This document shows, in pieces, positions 23,040 to 37,530 of a stretch of DNA of 64,000 nucleotides. The DNA is taken from positions 32,860,001-32,924,000 of the forward strand of contig CM069132.1 of the NCBI GenBank assembly GCA_035221665.1. The letters run 5' to 3'. Position 1 is the first letter of the stretch; the number at the start of each line of letters is the position of its first letter. A program made the translations under genes and the position numbers. The notes beneath the pieces were generated by a model. That model searched no databases and was not told where the DNA came from. It saw nothing but the letters and a program-made list of their open reading frames with translations. The DNA is from Okamejei kenojei (Eukaryota).

Positions 23040-23470
23040 GGGAGGCTCGACACTTCCTTCCATCTAGACCATCTACCGAGGGCGTTGCATCAGGCAGGCT
23101 GGAAGTATCATCAAGGATGTCTGCCATCCTTGCCACTCCCTTTTCTCTGTTCAACCTCTGGAAGAAGTTACAGGAACCAGAAAGCGTAGACATAACAACT
23201 TGTTTCCCATGGCTCTCCGACTCCTGAACCGATCATCACATCTCCATCCTCGGAGCTGCTGCCACCTTCTCTTGCTCTTAACTCTACCTCTCTGGTCATT
23301 CCATTATGGTACTTGAATATTCTATTGTACCACTCAAATCTGCATGGCAATCTTCCACCATTCTGCCACTTGCACTCATATTTGTTGTTGTATTTATCAT
23401 TTTATATACTGTTCATTCTGTGAGCTTCAAGTGAATGATGAGTTTTTCCTGTAACAGAAATTGTATGATA
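23040..23470 (+). mobile_element. Old Rex1/Babar-like LINE 3' end
   Basis: Degenerate LPSI...IIKD..HPCHSLFS...SGRSYR... followed by a UTR-like tail. Confidence 0.55.
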
Positions 23471-24939
23471 TGCCTGGAGAGACTTCTGGCTCCATATGGA
23501 TCTGTGACATTTATCCTGCTCCCCACCACCACAAGCCATGTGTCAGAAAGAGCAGGCAACTGTTCCTTGGACTTCAGCTTGTTTGAACAAGCCAGACTCG
23601 CTGCTATTGCTAATTCCGAACTATTCTTAAGCTGAAATGCATTTATTCTCTCAGACGCAGCCTGGCCTTCAACAGCATAAATAACATCCAGCTGGCACTG
23701 GCCATATCAAAAATTGTGCCTCCTGCTGGGATGCTACTCAAATTAACACTGCTGTTAGTGCTGGCTGGATTCTGTCGTTATGTTAAAGGGCAGCCGACAC
23801 TAAGTTTAAATTCTGTGTGTACCAGAACAAATGGGCAGAGATTAATCAAAACCTCTGATCCACGTGTCCTGAATTCCAAACAGTTTTTAGTTCCTTTTCA
23901 ATTCAATAACTATCCTCAATCCTGCCACCACAATCTGCCACCCCACTTTTTTTTAAATTAAAATTAACATTTGGTAATATATTATCTGTGGTTGCTATAA
24001 GAATCATTCTAAAATAGAAAATTGAGTGTGATGAGCAAACGTATGTTATGTTTTAATAATGTGCCAAAGGTTTATGAATGAACAAGTTATCTGGTCATTA
24101 AAATTGTCGAACATCTCCATCTCCAGTTTTTCCTTCCCTCACTGAATGTGGTTCCTCATAGCTGGCAGACAGTCCTCGGGGCACCAGTCGCCCTCTGGTA
24201 TCAACCGCATAACTTAAATGAGAAGTAGGATAGGATGGGGAACTTTAATAATTTATTTAATCAGATTAGGTTTGGCCATTATTTTCTGATATGGATTTGT
24301 TTTTTTCACATGTCTTGTTTTCCAGTCTTTGTTCATCGGTGAGTTGCTGAATGGATATCAAATTGCTGAAGGGATATCAAATAAGAGGGGTCAAGGAACA
24401 GTTTTAAGGGGGGAAATGCACAGTTAACCTTCAATGGTTAATTGCAAGTCAAGTATCCAACCAACTTCATGCTGCAAGAAGTCTTGCTTATTTTTCCAAA
24501 AATGCTGCTTTACCAAGCTGTTTGCAGAATGTTTCTATTTTTAGCTTTCCAGCACCAAAGGTTTGTTGATTTTCATTTATTCTCGACAAGATGATGAAGT
24601 GAGGGATTAGTGGGTAGTGTGGCAGTGGTTCATGGTAATTCAAATGGGGCCAGGTTATCCTCCTCTCACTGTGAACTGGCTGTCACTGCACTTATCACCC
24701 AGGATATATCAGGGAGCAGTGGAATTGCTGTCTGAACTTGGCAGGCAACCCAGTAATGAGCGTTACCTGCAGCGAGGGTTACGTGAGCTGCCTATTCACT
24801 TGCTGATAACTTCCTTTCATGGATGATTAGAAAGTAGGTGCCGGAGTAGGCCATTCGGCCCTTCAAGCCAGCATGGAACTCTTGATGGCATCACTTGGCA
24901 GACCTATTTTGATCAGACTGTGTTGGAGCACCTACCCAC

Positions 24940-25237
24940 GGCGGCCCAGTGGCGCAGCGGTAGAGTGGCTGCCTTACAGCGCCAAAGAACCGGATTCGAT
25001 CCTGACCGTGGGTGCTGTCTGCACGTAGTTTGTGCGTTCTCCCCATGACCTGAGTGGGTTTTCTCCTAGGAGCTCCGGTTTCCTTCCACACTCCAAAGAC
25101 GTACAGGTTTGTAGATTAATTGGCTTGGTAAAATTGTCCCTAGAGTGCGTTGGATAGTGCGAGTGTGCGGGGACCGGCATGCGCTCGGTGGGCTGAAGAG
25201 CCTGTTTCCACGCTGTATCTCTAAACTAAACTAAACT
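24940..25237 (+). mobile_element. Full-length HE1-like SINE
   Basis: ggcggcccagtggcgcagcggtagag (A box), gattcgatcc (B box), conserved core, (ctaaa)3 tail. Confidence 0.88.
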
Positions 25238-25699
25238 CTGAAACTCAAAAGACATGGCTGAGGAACATCGCTGAGGAATCCATTAGTTGAAGCGGAAGCA
25301 GGAGTTAAATTAAAAAAAATTAATAAATAGGACCAAATTCAATCTGAATTGTTGGCCATAATTCCTCTGCTTTTGCAGTTATTTTGGCCAAACAGTTAAA
25401 TAAACACACAATATTTATAAAACCTACCCCCTCTTTTGACTGCCACACTCCAAGTGGGAGATTGCAGCCGTGAGCATTATGGTTAGGCACCTATCTCATT
25501 AGAAAATAGGCAGCCAGCAGTTGGTTGCTTGGGAACCAGCAGGCTCCTCCAACGCCTGTTGAGAACGAAGATAAACAGGGTCAGGTCCTCAAGTAACTGC
25601 TGGCCAAGCAGCAGGTAATCTGTCCCAGGATTTGGCCCTTCACTTGTAGTCCAGACAGAAAAGAACTTGGCTGGTTTGATCCTCCCCTTTTTCTTCCTC

Positions 25700-26570
25700 C
25701 AGTGACACAGCAGTGCCCTCAGTACAGTTGTTGCCTCACAGCTCCAGCGGCCCAAGTTCAATCCTGACTTCAGGTGCTGTCTGGATGGAATTTGCACGAT
25801 GCCACTGTGGTTTCCTTCAATTCTTCCAGTTTCCTCCCACGTCCCAAAGACTTGCTATTAGCATGTCAATTAGCCACACTGTAAATTGTAGACGTATAGT
25901 ATGTAGACGAGAGGTAGAATCTGCTAATGTGAAAGGAATGTGGATAAAATAAAATGGCACTGGCGTAAAAATGATCAGCTTGGCATGATGCATGATGATA
26001 AAAAGGCTGGTGATGAGGGCTGTGTATTATGATGAGGTTCTGCAGACTGAACCTGGAAAAACTCTCTGCCAAAGAATGCAGAATTCGTGCAAAGAGCAGA
26101 AGCATTGTTTCAACATTCTGTCATGACACTTCTATATTGTGTGGGCGTATCAGTGACCTTTCCTGTGCAGCAGTGATGAGGAAGCAGGTGTTTTGGTGCA
26201 GTGGCAATGTCTGTAAATTGTGTAGGGAGTGGATTTGAAAGTGGTGTAACATTGATCTAGTGTATGGGTGATCGATGGTCGGCGTGGACTCGGTCGGCCA
26301 ATGGGCCTGTTCACACACGGTATCTCCCAATAAACACACCTTGTAAATATTGTCAATGACTCTGCTTCAGCCACTGTCTTCAGCAGTGCAGTCCAGGGAC
26401 TTGCTTCTCCCTGGGTGAAAAAGGTCCCCCTGAGATCCCCTCTAAATCTCCAACCCCTTACTTTAAATCTATGTATTCTGGTTTGATTTAACTCTGATAA
26501 AGGGAAAGGGATCCCAAAGTCTACTTTATCTACCAATAATTGTATGTATCTCCATCATATTCTCGCTAGC
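25700..26570. mobile_element. Diverged SINE fragments (+, ~25700-25920 and 26190-26330) and a CR1 fragment (-, 26340-26570)
   Basis: SINE B box/core and tail motifs; minus frame RIHRFKVRGWRFRGDLRGTFFTQ. Confidence 0.6.
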
Positions 26571-27159
26571 CACTGTCTCCAATTCCTGCCTTGCTCTGAG
26601 ACTGAAGTTATAGTGTTTTCAAGGGGTAGTCCTCAATGAGGATGCCCTATTGAGGAAAAGGTCATCCTCCACTCTATTTTGTTTTAGAGATTGGCTCCTT
26701 GAATTGTCTGGGTGGCTACTGACTCCCAGGTGAGCTCCTCTCTCTTCACTGTTACAGCAGCTTTCCTTGCTCTGCCCATACTTAACTTAGTCTCTTCTCC
26801 CCATTGTATTCTCCTCCAAAGGGAATGCCTGGAGTCAGCTGCTTTGCAAAGACTTCTTGAAGTAATTGATACATCCTTTAGTTTCAGCGACACTGATCCT
26901 TGTAGATCTTTGCAAAGGCAAAAGAGATAGTTTTCATTAAGAGCCAGAAAAATCAAACAACTAATGTGTGTATCAATAATGATCTCTTTAAATTGCACCA
27001 GTGAGTGTGTGGGGATGGGGATGTGTGTGGGGGTGATGATGGTGGATAGCCTGCCTCGTGATGGTTCAGCATATGAGCTTAACAAATGGCACCAACAAGA
27101 GCTTGAAAGTTGGTAACGAGGATGCTGTCTTCCAATCCTTTAGTGCATGATAACATGGA

Positions 27160-27810
27160 GCAACACAAAGCATTTATGAAGGCAATTTTTTGAAAAGATT
27201 TTGAGTACGTGAGTAAAGATGTATGATGCAAAAATATAAGGCCGTGTAGAAGCCACATCTGGAATATTCAATGAGGGTTGCGTCCCCATCTAGGGAACAA
27301 TATACTGCGACAGAATGCAACAAGGGATCACCAGGCTGAGTCCTGCATTGCAGTGGTTCTCTGGGGAGAGATTAAAGAGGGTTGGCCTGTACTCTCTTGT
27401 GTTATCAGAATTGCAGGTAATCCCTTTGAAACATAACATTCTAGGAGGGTTTGACAGGGTTTATGAGTGGACGGAATTTCTCCTGGTTAGGATGTCTGGA
27501 ACTAGTGCTCTCAGCAACAAAGTAAAGAGCCGGGTCTTCAGAAATGAGATGAGAAGACATTTTCTCACCCAGAGCGTTGTGCCTCTTTGGACATCTCCAC
27601 TGAAGGGGGCTGTGGAGGATGTATATTGATGAATATATTCAAGGCACAGATTGAGTAATGGCTGGACTTCAAGGAAATCAAAGGAAATGGAGCTAATGCA
27701 CAAAAGGGCATGGAAACAAAAGATTAGCCATGATCTTACTGAAAGATGCATTGGACGTGAGGGCTTGAAGGTTGAACTTTGCCTCTGTTTTCTATGCAGT
27801 ATTCTTATGT
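27160..27810 (+). mobile_element. Old CR1 LINE 3' part
   Basis: ERLKRVGLYSL...RVFRNEMRRHFLTQSVVPLWTS. Confidence 0.7.
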
Positions 27811-29528
27811 TCCTGAAGTATCCTTTGTGATCCTTATACTCCTATGTTTTATGTCACACCCTCAAATATTTGTGTCGTTTCTGTGATTAATTTGGTATGT
27901 TTTTTGCAGTTTGTATCAATCACTGATTTATTAGCCATGTCATCCACAACATATCGCACCCAAAATTGGTTTACGTCCAGTGACATTTGGCTCTTTCAAT
28001 ACCAATTACGATGGTTACAGATCATTCTAAAGCCACACACAAATGATTACAGTTTTTTAAGCACTTTTTTTGATGATGAATGACTTTTGTCCTTTCACTC
28101 AAGAGTAAATTCGGCCCTGTGCAAATCTCAATAAGTCTATGATTGTTGGACTGTTGTGGGCTTTGGAAAAGTCTACTTGTTCCCTTAGCCATGTCTCCTT
28201 TCCCTGAGTCAGTACATCCCAATCTCAACCAGCTCCAATTGAAAAATTAATGACACAAAATCCTGTTCCTCAGCCCATTGCTTACTATTTCCAGCATTTT
28301 CTGATTTTGTGTTTACATTCCAAGAGAATGTCATCATTTACTCTGTTTCTAGGACAGGCATTTTGATAGTCATAAGGAATTGCTTCTGTTTATATTGACT
28401 ATCTCCTTAATCCAGGAAAAATGAGGTTTATTGTGGCAACAATATGTTAAATTATCTTTATTTTCAGTCAAACCAACTCAATTTTCATTCAAAAATAAAT
28501 GGCAGAGAAATCAAGGAATAATCAAGGAACTCTGCTTTGATACATTCAAGAAAAGATTTAAGGAAGACATTTTCTTCTTTTGATTCAAAGTTTTTTGCTG
28601 TGTTGACGGCTTATTTTCTTTTTAGCTGTCCTACTTTTTCAATTTCCTTTCCACTCCCATTCTTTTATGTTTGGAAGAAAAGTTTTGAAACAATGAGATT
28701 GTTATGCCTCTTTGTTAAATACTAAGGGGACCTGATAGTCTGGTATATCATATTCACTTAGAAATGTCACTTTTACAATGGACCCCATGTGTTGAAAATT
28801 GCTGGTTCAATGCTGCTTCATTAAACCTCTGGATGATACATTCTTACTTTTGTTTCATACACTATTGAAAAATCACTGCACATTGTTAATATGATGTTAT
28901 TTGCACAAAAATATTTATTCTTCCTTCCTCTCTTCAGATAAACAGTCTTGTTTATTATCCTACCTTTATCTGTACATCATTTTTCCAATTTACAGTAATC
29001 CCTACATGAGATGCATGTTGCAATGATGTGATGGGAAGTTGAACTCCTCGAGCCTCAAGCATCTACATATATCATTTTGAACTTGATAGCTGAGGGGTCT
29101 GTTACAGCTGAAATTAATATACATCTTTTGACTAATAATGAATGGTCATGACCTGACCGCAAAACATTTCAAATGAAGTAAATATACAGATGTTCAGTGA
29201 GTAGAATGATGATGTTGTTGATCATTTAAAACCAAGGTCCACAGAATTACTAACACCAGGATACTGAAGGAAAGGATATCTCTGCAATCCCATAGACAGG
29301 GGCTGATTAGCAATAGTCAGCATGGTTTTATACATGGGAGATTGAGTCTTATGAATCTGAGCTTTTTGAAGAAGTAACCCAAAAGGCTGACGAGGGCATA
29401 ACTCTAGACGTTGAGAGTCACACCGCATGACTGTCAGCTCTTACTTCAGTCGCAGTACACCTGCATCTTAAAGAATGGGATTTACTTTAATCGTTACTAA
29501 CATTTTATGATGCAGGGACCTTTTAGTG

Positions 29529-31966
29529 CAATAGACAATAGGTGCAGGAGTAGGCCATTCGGCCCTTCGAGCCAGCACCACCATTCACTGTGATCATGGC
29601 TGATCATCCACAATCAGTACCTCGTTCCTGCCTTCTCCCCATATCCCTTGACTCCGCTATCTTTAAGAGCTCTATTTAACTCTATCTTGAAAGCATCCAG
29701 AGAATCGGCCTCCACTGCCTTCTGAGGCAGAGAATTCCACTGATTCACAACTCTCTGGGTGTAAAAGTTTTTCCTTATCTCTGTTCTAAATGGCCTACCC
29801 CTTATTCTTAAACTGTGGCCCCTGGTTCTGCACTCCCCCCAACATCGTGACCATGTTTCCTACCTCTAGCGTGATCAATCCCTTAATAATCTGAAATGTT
29901 TCATAAGATCCGCTCTCATCCTCCTGAATTCCAGTATATACAAGCCCAGTCGCTCCATTCTTTCAAAATATGACAGTCCAGCCATCCCGCGAATTAACCT
30001 TGTGAACTTACGCTGCACTCCCTCAATAGCAAAAATGTCCTTCCTCAAATTTGGAGACTGCACACAATACTCCAGGTGTGGTCTCACCAGGGCCTTGTAC
30101 AACTGCAGAAGGACCTCTTTGCTCCTATACTCAACTCCTCTTGTTATGAAGGCCAACATGCTATTAGCTTTCTTCACTGCATGCTTACTTTCAGTAACTG
30201 ATGTACAAGGACACCCAGATCCCGTTGTACTTCCCCTTTTCCTAACTTGACACCATTCAAATAATAATATGCCTTCCTGTTCTTGCCAGCTAAGTGGATG
30301 ACCTCATATTTATCCATCCACATTAAACTGCATCTGCCAACTCACCCAACCTGTCCAAGTCACCCTGCATCCTCATAACATCCTCCTCATGGTTAACACT
30401 GCCACCCAGCTTTGTGTCATCTGCAAATTTGCTAATGTTACTTTTGATCCCTTCATCTAAATCATTAATGTATATAGTAAATAGCTGTGGTCCCAGCACT
30501 GAGCCTTGCGGTACCTCATTAGTTGCTGCCTGCCATTCTGAAAGGGACCCGTTTATCCCTACTCTTTGTTTTCTGGCTGCCAACCAATTTTCTATCCATG
30601 TCACTACCTTACCCCTAATACCATGTGCTCTACTTTTGTCCACTAATCTCCTATGTAGGACCTTATCAAAGGCTTTCTGAAAATCCAGGTACACCGCATT
30701 CACTGGCTCTCCCTTGTCCATTTTCCTAGTTCCATCCTCAAAAAATTCCAGAAGATTAGTCGAGCATGATTTCCCCTTCGTAAATCCATGCTGACTCAGA
30801 CCAATGCTGTTACTGCTATCCAAATGTGCCGCTATTTCATATTTTATAATTGACCAGCATCTTTCCCACCACCAATGTCAGGCTAACTGGTCTATAATTC
30901 TGTTTTATCTCTCCCTTCTTTCTTAAAAAGTGGGATAACATTATCCACAGGAACTGATCCTATATAACATTGGGAAATGATTTCCAATGCGTCCACGATT
31001 TCTAGAGCCCGCTCCTTAAGTACCCTGGGATGCAGACCATCAGGCCCTGGGGATTTATCAGCCTTCAGTCCCATCAGTCTACCCAACACCATTTCCTGCC
31101 TAATGCAAATTTCCTTCAGTTCCGCCATCACCCAAGGTCCTCTGGCCACGAGTACATCAGGGAGATTGTTTGTGTCTTCCTTATTGAAGACTGATTCAAA
31201 GTACCTGTTCAACTTATCTTCCATTTCCTTGTTCCCCATAATAAATGTACCTGTTTCTGTCTTCAAGGGACCCACATTTGTCTGAGCTAATGTTTTTCTC
31301 TTCACATACCTAAAGAGGCTTTTACTATCCTCCTTTATATTATTGGCTAGCTTACCTTCATACCTTATCTTTTCTCCCCGTATTGCCTTTTTCGTTATCT
31401 TCTGTTGCTCTTTAAAAGTTTCCCAATCCTCTGGCTTCCCGCTCATCTTTACTATGTTATACTTCTTCTCTTTTATTTTTATACTGCCCTTGTCTTCCCT
31501 TGTCAGCCATGGTCGCTTCTTACTCACCTTAGAATTTTTCTGCCTCTTTGACATGAACTAATCCTACACCTTCTGTATTATTCCCAGAAATACCAGCCAT
31601 TGTTGTTCCATTGTCATCCCTGCTAGGGTCTCGTTTCCAGTCAACTTTGGCCAGCACCTCCCTCTTGCCTCCATAGTCCCCTTTGCTCAACTGTAATATT
31701 GACACTTCCGATTTTCCCTTCTCCCTCTCAAATTGTAGATTAAAAGTTATTGTATTATGGTCGCTATCTCCTAATAGCTCCTTTACCTTGAGTTCCCTTA
31801 TCAAAACTGGTTCATTACACAACACTAAATCCAGAATTGCCTTCTCCCTGGTAAGCTCCAGTACAAGCTGCTCTAAGAATCCATCTCGAAGGCACTCCAC
31901 AAACTCTCTTTCTTGGGGTCCAGTACCAACCTGATTTTCCCAGTCTACTTGCATGTTGAAATCTCC
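29529..31966 (-). mobile_element. CR1 LINE ORF2 (end of endonuclease, RT, C-terminus, tail), frameshifted
   Basis: ORFs 31529-31954 (AILDLVL..LGDSDHN), 30892-31554 (KSPGPDGLHPRVLKE), 30323-30823 (YLDFQKAFDKV..VPQGSVLGP..FADDTK) and 29875-30177; (caataga)n at the tail end. Confidence 0.95.
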
Positions 31967-32242
31967 TATGCAGAGAGGTAATCACCAATGCAGAGAAGTA
32001 AGAACAGCAAGTTGGTGCTGACTGCACAAAACTACATGCGATTTCCATCTGTGATCACCTGCATTAAATGCACAAATTATGCAGTGATGTAATTTAACAC
32101 AAGTTACATTACGCCAGTGATAATATCCATTCAAAATAATACCCATTGGCAAATTGGCCAGGGAACTGCTCTGTGCAATTTAACTTCGGGCGGCTGACAA
32201 TCTTCCAGCATTTATCGTACAACTAATGATGGATTACAAAAT

Positions 32243-32670
32243 GACACAAAGTGTTAGAGTAATTCAGTGGGTCAGGTAGCATCACTGGAGAACAAGGATG
32301 GGTTACATTTTGGGTCGGGACCTCCTGCAGACAAATTGTGATGGGGGAAGGGAGAAAGGTGGGGTTAGGACAGCGCCTGGCAAGTGACAGGTGGATACAG
32401 GGTTAAGAAGAGACATTCTTGCAAATTCAGCTGAGGCACAGAGAAGTGAGGGGTGAGAAAAAGGGGAGAGAGGTTTTTTGTAGGTTAGTTATCTATAATT
32501 GGCAAATTGCACATTCATACTGTTAGGTTGTAAGCTACCCAAGTGAAATATGAGGTGCTCATAAAGCAGTTTACATTTGGCCTCACCCTGCCAATGGAGG
32601 AGGACTCAGACAGAAAGGTCGGTATGGGAATGGGAAGGAGAGTTAAAATGGTTAGCAACTGGAGGATCCC
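32243..32670 (-). mobile_element. Decayed Penelope 3' end
   Basis: pLTR motif plus the STSYFTWVAYN frame shared with 19751-19993. Confidence 0.7.
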
Positions 32671-32721
32671 CTCACATGTATCCATGTATCTCTTGCCAGG
32701 CTTTGTCTTGCTACCAGCTCC

Positions 32722-33177
32722 AGGGCCCAGAGCATCACGCAAACCAACCTCCCTTCCATTAACTCTATCTACACATCACGCTGCCTTGGCAAAGCCAGCA
32801 GCATTATCAAGGACTAGTCTTGTATTGGTCGCTCCCTCTTACCCCTCTCCCATTGGGCAAGAGGTACAGAAGTGTGAAAATGCATACTTGCAGATTCAGG
32901 GACTGTTGCTTCCCAGCTGTTATCGGGCAACTGAACAGCCCTCTCACCAGCAGCCCTGACATTCCATCTACCTTATTGGAGACATTCAAACTATCTTCAA
33001 TCGCACTACACTGGACTTTATATTGCACTAAACATTATAGCCTTTATCCTGTATCTGTACGCTTTGGACGACTTGATTATAATCATGTATAGTGTTTTTT
33101 GCTGACTGGATAGCATGCAACAAAGAGCTTCTCACTGTACCATGGTACACATGACAATAATACACTAAACTAAACTA
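32722..33177 (+). mobile_element. Rex1/Babar-like LINE 3' end
   Basis: PLPLGKRYRSVKMHTCRFRDCCFPAVIGQLN; tail ending ctaaactaaact. Confidence 0.75.
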
Positions 33178-35984
33178 TCCCTCCCACCACAATCTGAAGC
33201 AGGTTCCCAAATCAAAATGCCACTTATCCATCCCAAACATGTTACCTGACCTACTGAGTTACTCCAACGCTTTGTCCTTTTTTGTAATCCTACATCTGCA
33301 GTTCCTCTATAATGACGCAACAAGTTGCACACTGAATATTTCCTCCCTTTTTTGTCAAATGTTGAGGCTTTTCTGTGCAACATTGAACATTGCAAAAAAT
33401 CTAAAGGCATGTTGTACCGAGATCACAATTGAGGTGACTATTATAAGCTCTTCATTCTGACATTGACATCTTGTCTGCCAGACTCGGATTTCAATGCTAA
33501 GGATATATGAAACCTATTCATTGGCTGATTCATCTCTGATTGCAACCTTTTAATGCTTTGCACATCAGAGCTACATGCTGTATTGTCTGCCACATTAATC
33601 ATCCTGCATCTTCGAGCGGCATGGGACCATTCTCAGCATGGGACTTGGATCAGGTCAGCCAATGACACTGGGGTGCCCATACATCTCCCCTTCTCTTGCA
33701 TTATCTGTCATCTGGCTTTTCAGCCTTTTAGTACAGCTATTCTGTTGATAGCATGTACAGATTAGTTTAATGTCTGATATCCTTCGCAGTGTTCGATATG
33801 ACAAAGTAATTGGGGCATTTTCAAGTATATTACTGTTTTTAATGAGGTTTTGGTTGAAATCTCAATGCTGCGAAGGGGTAAGGGCATTAGTGCTGTTCAG
33901 TGCATCAAAAATGGATAACATCCTCTTTCAGTCTTTATAATAGTCTTTATAACAAGCAGTCAACACAATGTTATCTAAGTTCTATGAATGATTGATTGCC
34001 CACAACAATCCTTGTGCCTCTTTTTGAGGGCCTTCAACATATTTCACTTTGGATTTCATATCTTCTCCAAGATTTTTTTTTTTTTAAATGGTAATACTTT
34101 ATCAAATCCTTTGTGATTTTTAAAATTCATTTCCTTTTCACTGAATTAAGAAAATAAGACAAAAATGAGAGGCGGCATTGGAATGAGGACAAACATTAAA
34201 TAAATCATTGCGTTGAGTTCATTGTGCACTTCACAGCTAATCCACATAGACACCCACATGAATCCACCCACTCAGCTGTAAATGCAGCTCTAACATTTTA
34301 CTTGCTTTTCCCCAGATAGATTCCTTTTTGAGTTACTTCCTTGCATGTTTTTCATACTGCATTATACCTAGGAACGAGTGCCCAGTATTAAATATGAATT
34401 CTACCCCAAATTTGGGTTAGATAATGCAGCTGCCTCTGCTAAGAGGATGTAATTTTATTAGTAAATGAATTACTGTAATCGTAGCACTCTCCAACATTGC
34501 AAATTTACAATATCATCCTACAAATACTTGTTGCTTTGGAGTATTTGCTGTGCATAATTTTTATTGTAGGAATACAGTAATTTCTCTTTTGCCACAATAA
34601 ACATTTCACATTTTTATTGAAAATATGAAGGCTTTCAGGTAATGTCTGGTACATCTTGGTGATACTGATGTATTTTCTGTTCATAGTGCCATTATGACCA
34701 GGAAGTAAACATGTTGCAAACTAAATGTATTATAAGTAAAGAATGTACACATGAACATTTCAGTACGGCATCTGATGTGTCTTATCTTTCATCTGAAACT
34801 TGAATGGCGTGATTTCACCGACAGTGTGACTATCCTCAGCCAAATCTGAAAAGTAAAAGTGCTGTCCTTGCTGGATTTTGGCTTGAATCGATGAGATAAG
34901 CAATGAGAGGTTGGTTGGTCAGGATAGATTGTTGTTGAGGCCCTGTTGATGGGGACAACCAATAACCAGCCAAGTGAGTGCTGCACAAAACAGTCTTGCA
35001 ATTGGATTTATTAGTACCTGCTTTTCAATTACAAATTATGAATCAAAGTGATTTAACTTAGGTTGCAGCACAGCAGTTGATAATTTCTGGTTGAAACTGC
35101 ACCCATGGGGTAATTCCCACAGGAATTTCTGTGTACAATTTACTCTACACTGGCCACCATTTTAGCTGTGCATCAAATTATTCTGGAATATGGAGTGTTT
35201 ACAAAAAAAATTGTTATTAATATAAAAGCTGCACAGAATTATTAGCCTGTTGCCTGAGGTGGAAATGTACAATTTTCTTTACATTTCCAAATCTAATTCT
35301 CCATTACAAATTTGAATTCACCCGGGGCTGTAAATTGATTTTACGTAAAGGAGTAGTCAATTGGTTAAATGATTGCAGGGATATATTTACCTCAGCAAAC
35401 CTTTGAAAAGCAATATTTTGTTGAAGGGCAAGAATTATAATAGATTTTTTTGTAGCAGAAGAGTGGTCAATGATAATTTGAAATACTTTGAGCCCTTATC
35501 AGTTTGGCAGTGTCACCTGGCTCAATGGGGAAAAAACTCCGTAGATCTGCCGATTTAATCTATAGGACAGTACAGAAGCCAAGGAATTTTGAATTTGAGA
35601 TTTGAAGGGAGCTTGAATTTCCTTTGGTCTCCTTTGACAGCCTTTTAAATATCGAGGACATAAAGTGCAGCACCAGTTTGTTTTTGCAAATTGTGTTTTG
35701 CACAAATATCTTATTTTTTCTTCCCACAGTCTTTTCATTGTCTTGTGTAATTTGTGTGCAGTTGATCTTTTTGTGTACCTTCTGAGTCCATGTGCCTATG
35801 ATGCTGCAGCAAGCAAGTACATTGTACCTGTACCTCACCGTAATTGGGGATGCAACTGTAAAGTCAACCTGGCTAAAAAAGATTAACGAGCAATCCTGAT
35901 CCTGGTGTCTCGAGCACTGTTTCACTGCTCACACAGACCATTGTTGTCTTATTCACTGGATTTAAGATACTTCAAGATATTTAA

Positions 35985-36560
35985 TATGAGAATGGTGAGA
36001 GGCCTGGATAGAGAGGATGCTTCAACTAGTGGGAGAGTCTTGGACCAGAGGAAATAGCCTCATAATAAAAGGAAGTACCTTTAGAAAGGAGAGGTGGAGG
36101 AATCTCTTTAGTCAGAGGGTGGTGAATCTGTGGAAGTGAATATACGTAGCGGGTACGTCGGAGCTCGGGACGTCTCTTAGCGGCTCGTAACGCTAACGGC
36201 AGGTACTCGTGAAACGCGGTAAGCTTGTTACGTTTTTTCAACAGTGCGGAGAGTGTCCAGGAGAGTCCCCGAGTACCTACAAATGACTATTACCGTAATT
36301 CTCCGAGTTCGAATCAGGGGAAACTCTGGGGAACTCTTGAATTACCTCGTACAGTGGGACAGGCCCTATAGATGGCTGTAGAGGCCATCAACAGATATTT
36401 TTAAGGCAAAGATTGACAGATTCTTGATTAGTACAGGTGTCATGGGGTTATAGGGAGTAGGCAGGAGAATGGGGTTGACACTGAAAGGTAGATCAGCCAT
36501 GATTGAATGGCATAGTAGACGATAGGCCAAAAGGTCTAATTCTGCTCCGAGAACTTATGA
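35985..36560 (+). mobile_element. CR1 3' end containing a one-ended Harbinger-type MITE (~36136-36367)
   Basis: CR1 sequence (cagagggtggtgaatctgtggaa | gatggctgtagaggcc) is interrupted by a CpG-rich insert ending gtacagtgggacaggccct. Confidence 0.75.
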
Positions 36561-37357
36561 ACGACTTTATCTAACTGCGATCTGGAAACTCTGTCTTAAA
36601 CGTTGTCTGGATCAGTTCTTGCATTCAGCTTGAATTATTTTTCTCAGTCCTTTCTTCATTTTATGCCTCCCTCTTTAATAAGAAAGGTTCAGACTCTTCG
36701 ATCCCTCTCCGTATTCATTGTGAATATTACGCCTCCAGAATGTTATGGATATCCAGACTTTCTCTGCATTCTACTTGGTTTGATTCCTTTCAGTGCTTTG
36801 TTCAACGGTTTGGATTCCCAGGTTAGCCCCTGTGTTCATAATGCTTCAAATCCTTTGACCTCTTCTGTGAAATGCTTTCTCTCTGTCGGCTTAAGCAACT
36901 TGTTCATCTTTATTCTTGAAGAGACCATATCACATTCATTGCAGCTGATGTTAGCGTATTAATTCTGAAAAAGATCTCTGATCCATGTACAGATATAATT
37001 GTTCAGTGGGGAACACATGGAGAACTTCATCCCAAGCAAGGTTCAGTAGCTGTTGGTAGCACAGCTTTTCAGTCAAAATAATGGAGAATGGATCCGAGAC
37101 TGGATTTTCGTTGCAGTACTGTGTGTAAATAAAACTGATTTAATAACAATATTGTGAGAATCAAAAGATGAATTGACTGTGGACATAGCATGTTCAACAG
37201 ATAAACAAAACTGAACTCCATAAATCTGACTGAAGATGTATAACTCTTTATTTCATATCCACTATTATATTGTTGGATTTTGGTTTATGTAATCTGTGAC
37301 TCCTTGCAGCACATTATGGTGATAACCTGTTATATTTTGTCGGGTTTATTAAAAAGT

Positions 37358-37530
37358 ATAACAAAGTGCTGGAATAACTCAGTAGGTCAGGCAGCATCTC
37401 TGAAAACATGAGTAGATGGTGTTTTGGGTCAGGGCCCTTTGTCTCCAGAGATATTGTCTGACCCACCGAGTTACTCCAGTTTGTGTCTCCAAGGCACTTT
37501 GTGTCTTTTTTCGTAAACCAGTATCTGCAT
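37358..37530. repeat. Palindromic Penelope pLTR-derived pair
   Basis: aaagtgctggaataactcagtaggtcaggcagcatctctg ... tccagagatattgtctgacccaccgagttactccag. Confidence 0.7.

Noticed and set aside
24940-25015. tRNA gene
   Set aside because: The A/B boxes belong to a SINE head that continues into SINE core and LINE-derived tail; the same holds for all other copies.
26684-27085. 133-aa minus-strand ORF
   Set aside because: No recognisable homology; includes low-complexity sequence.
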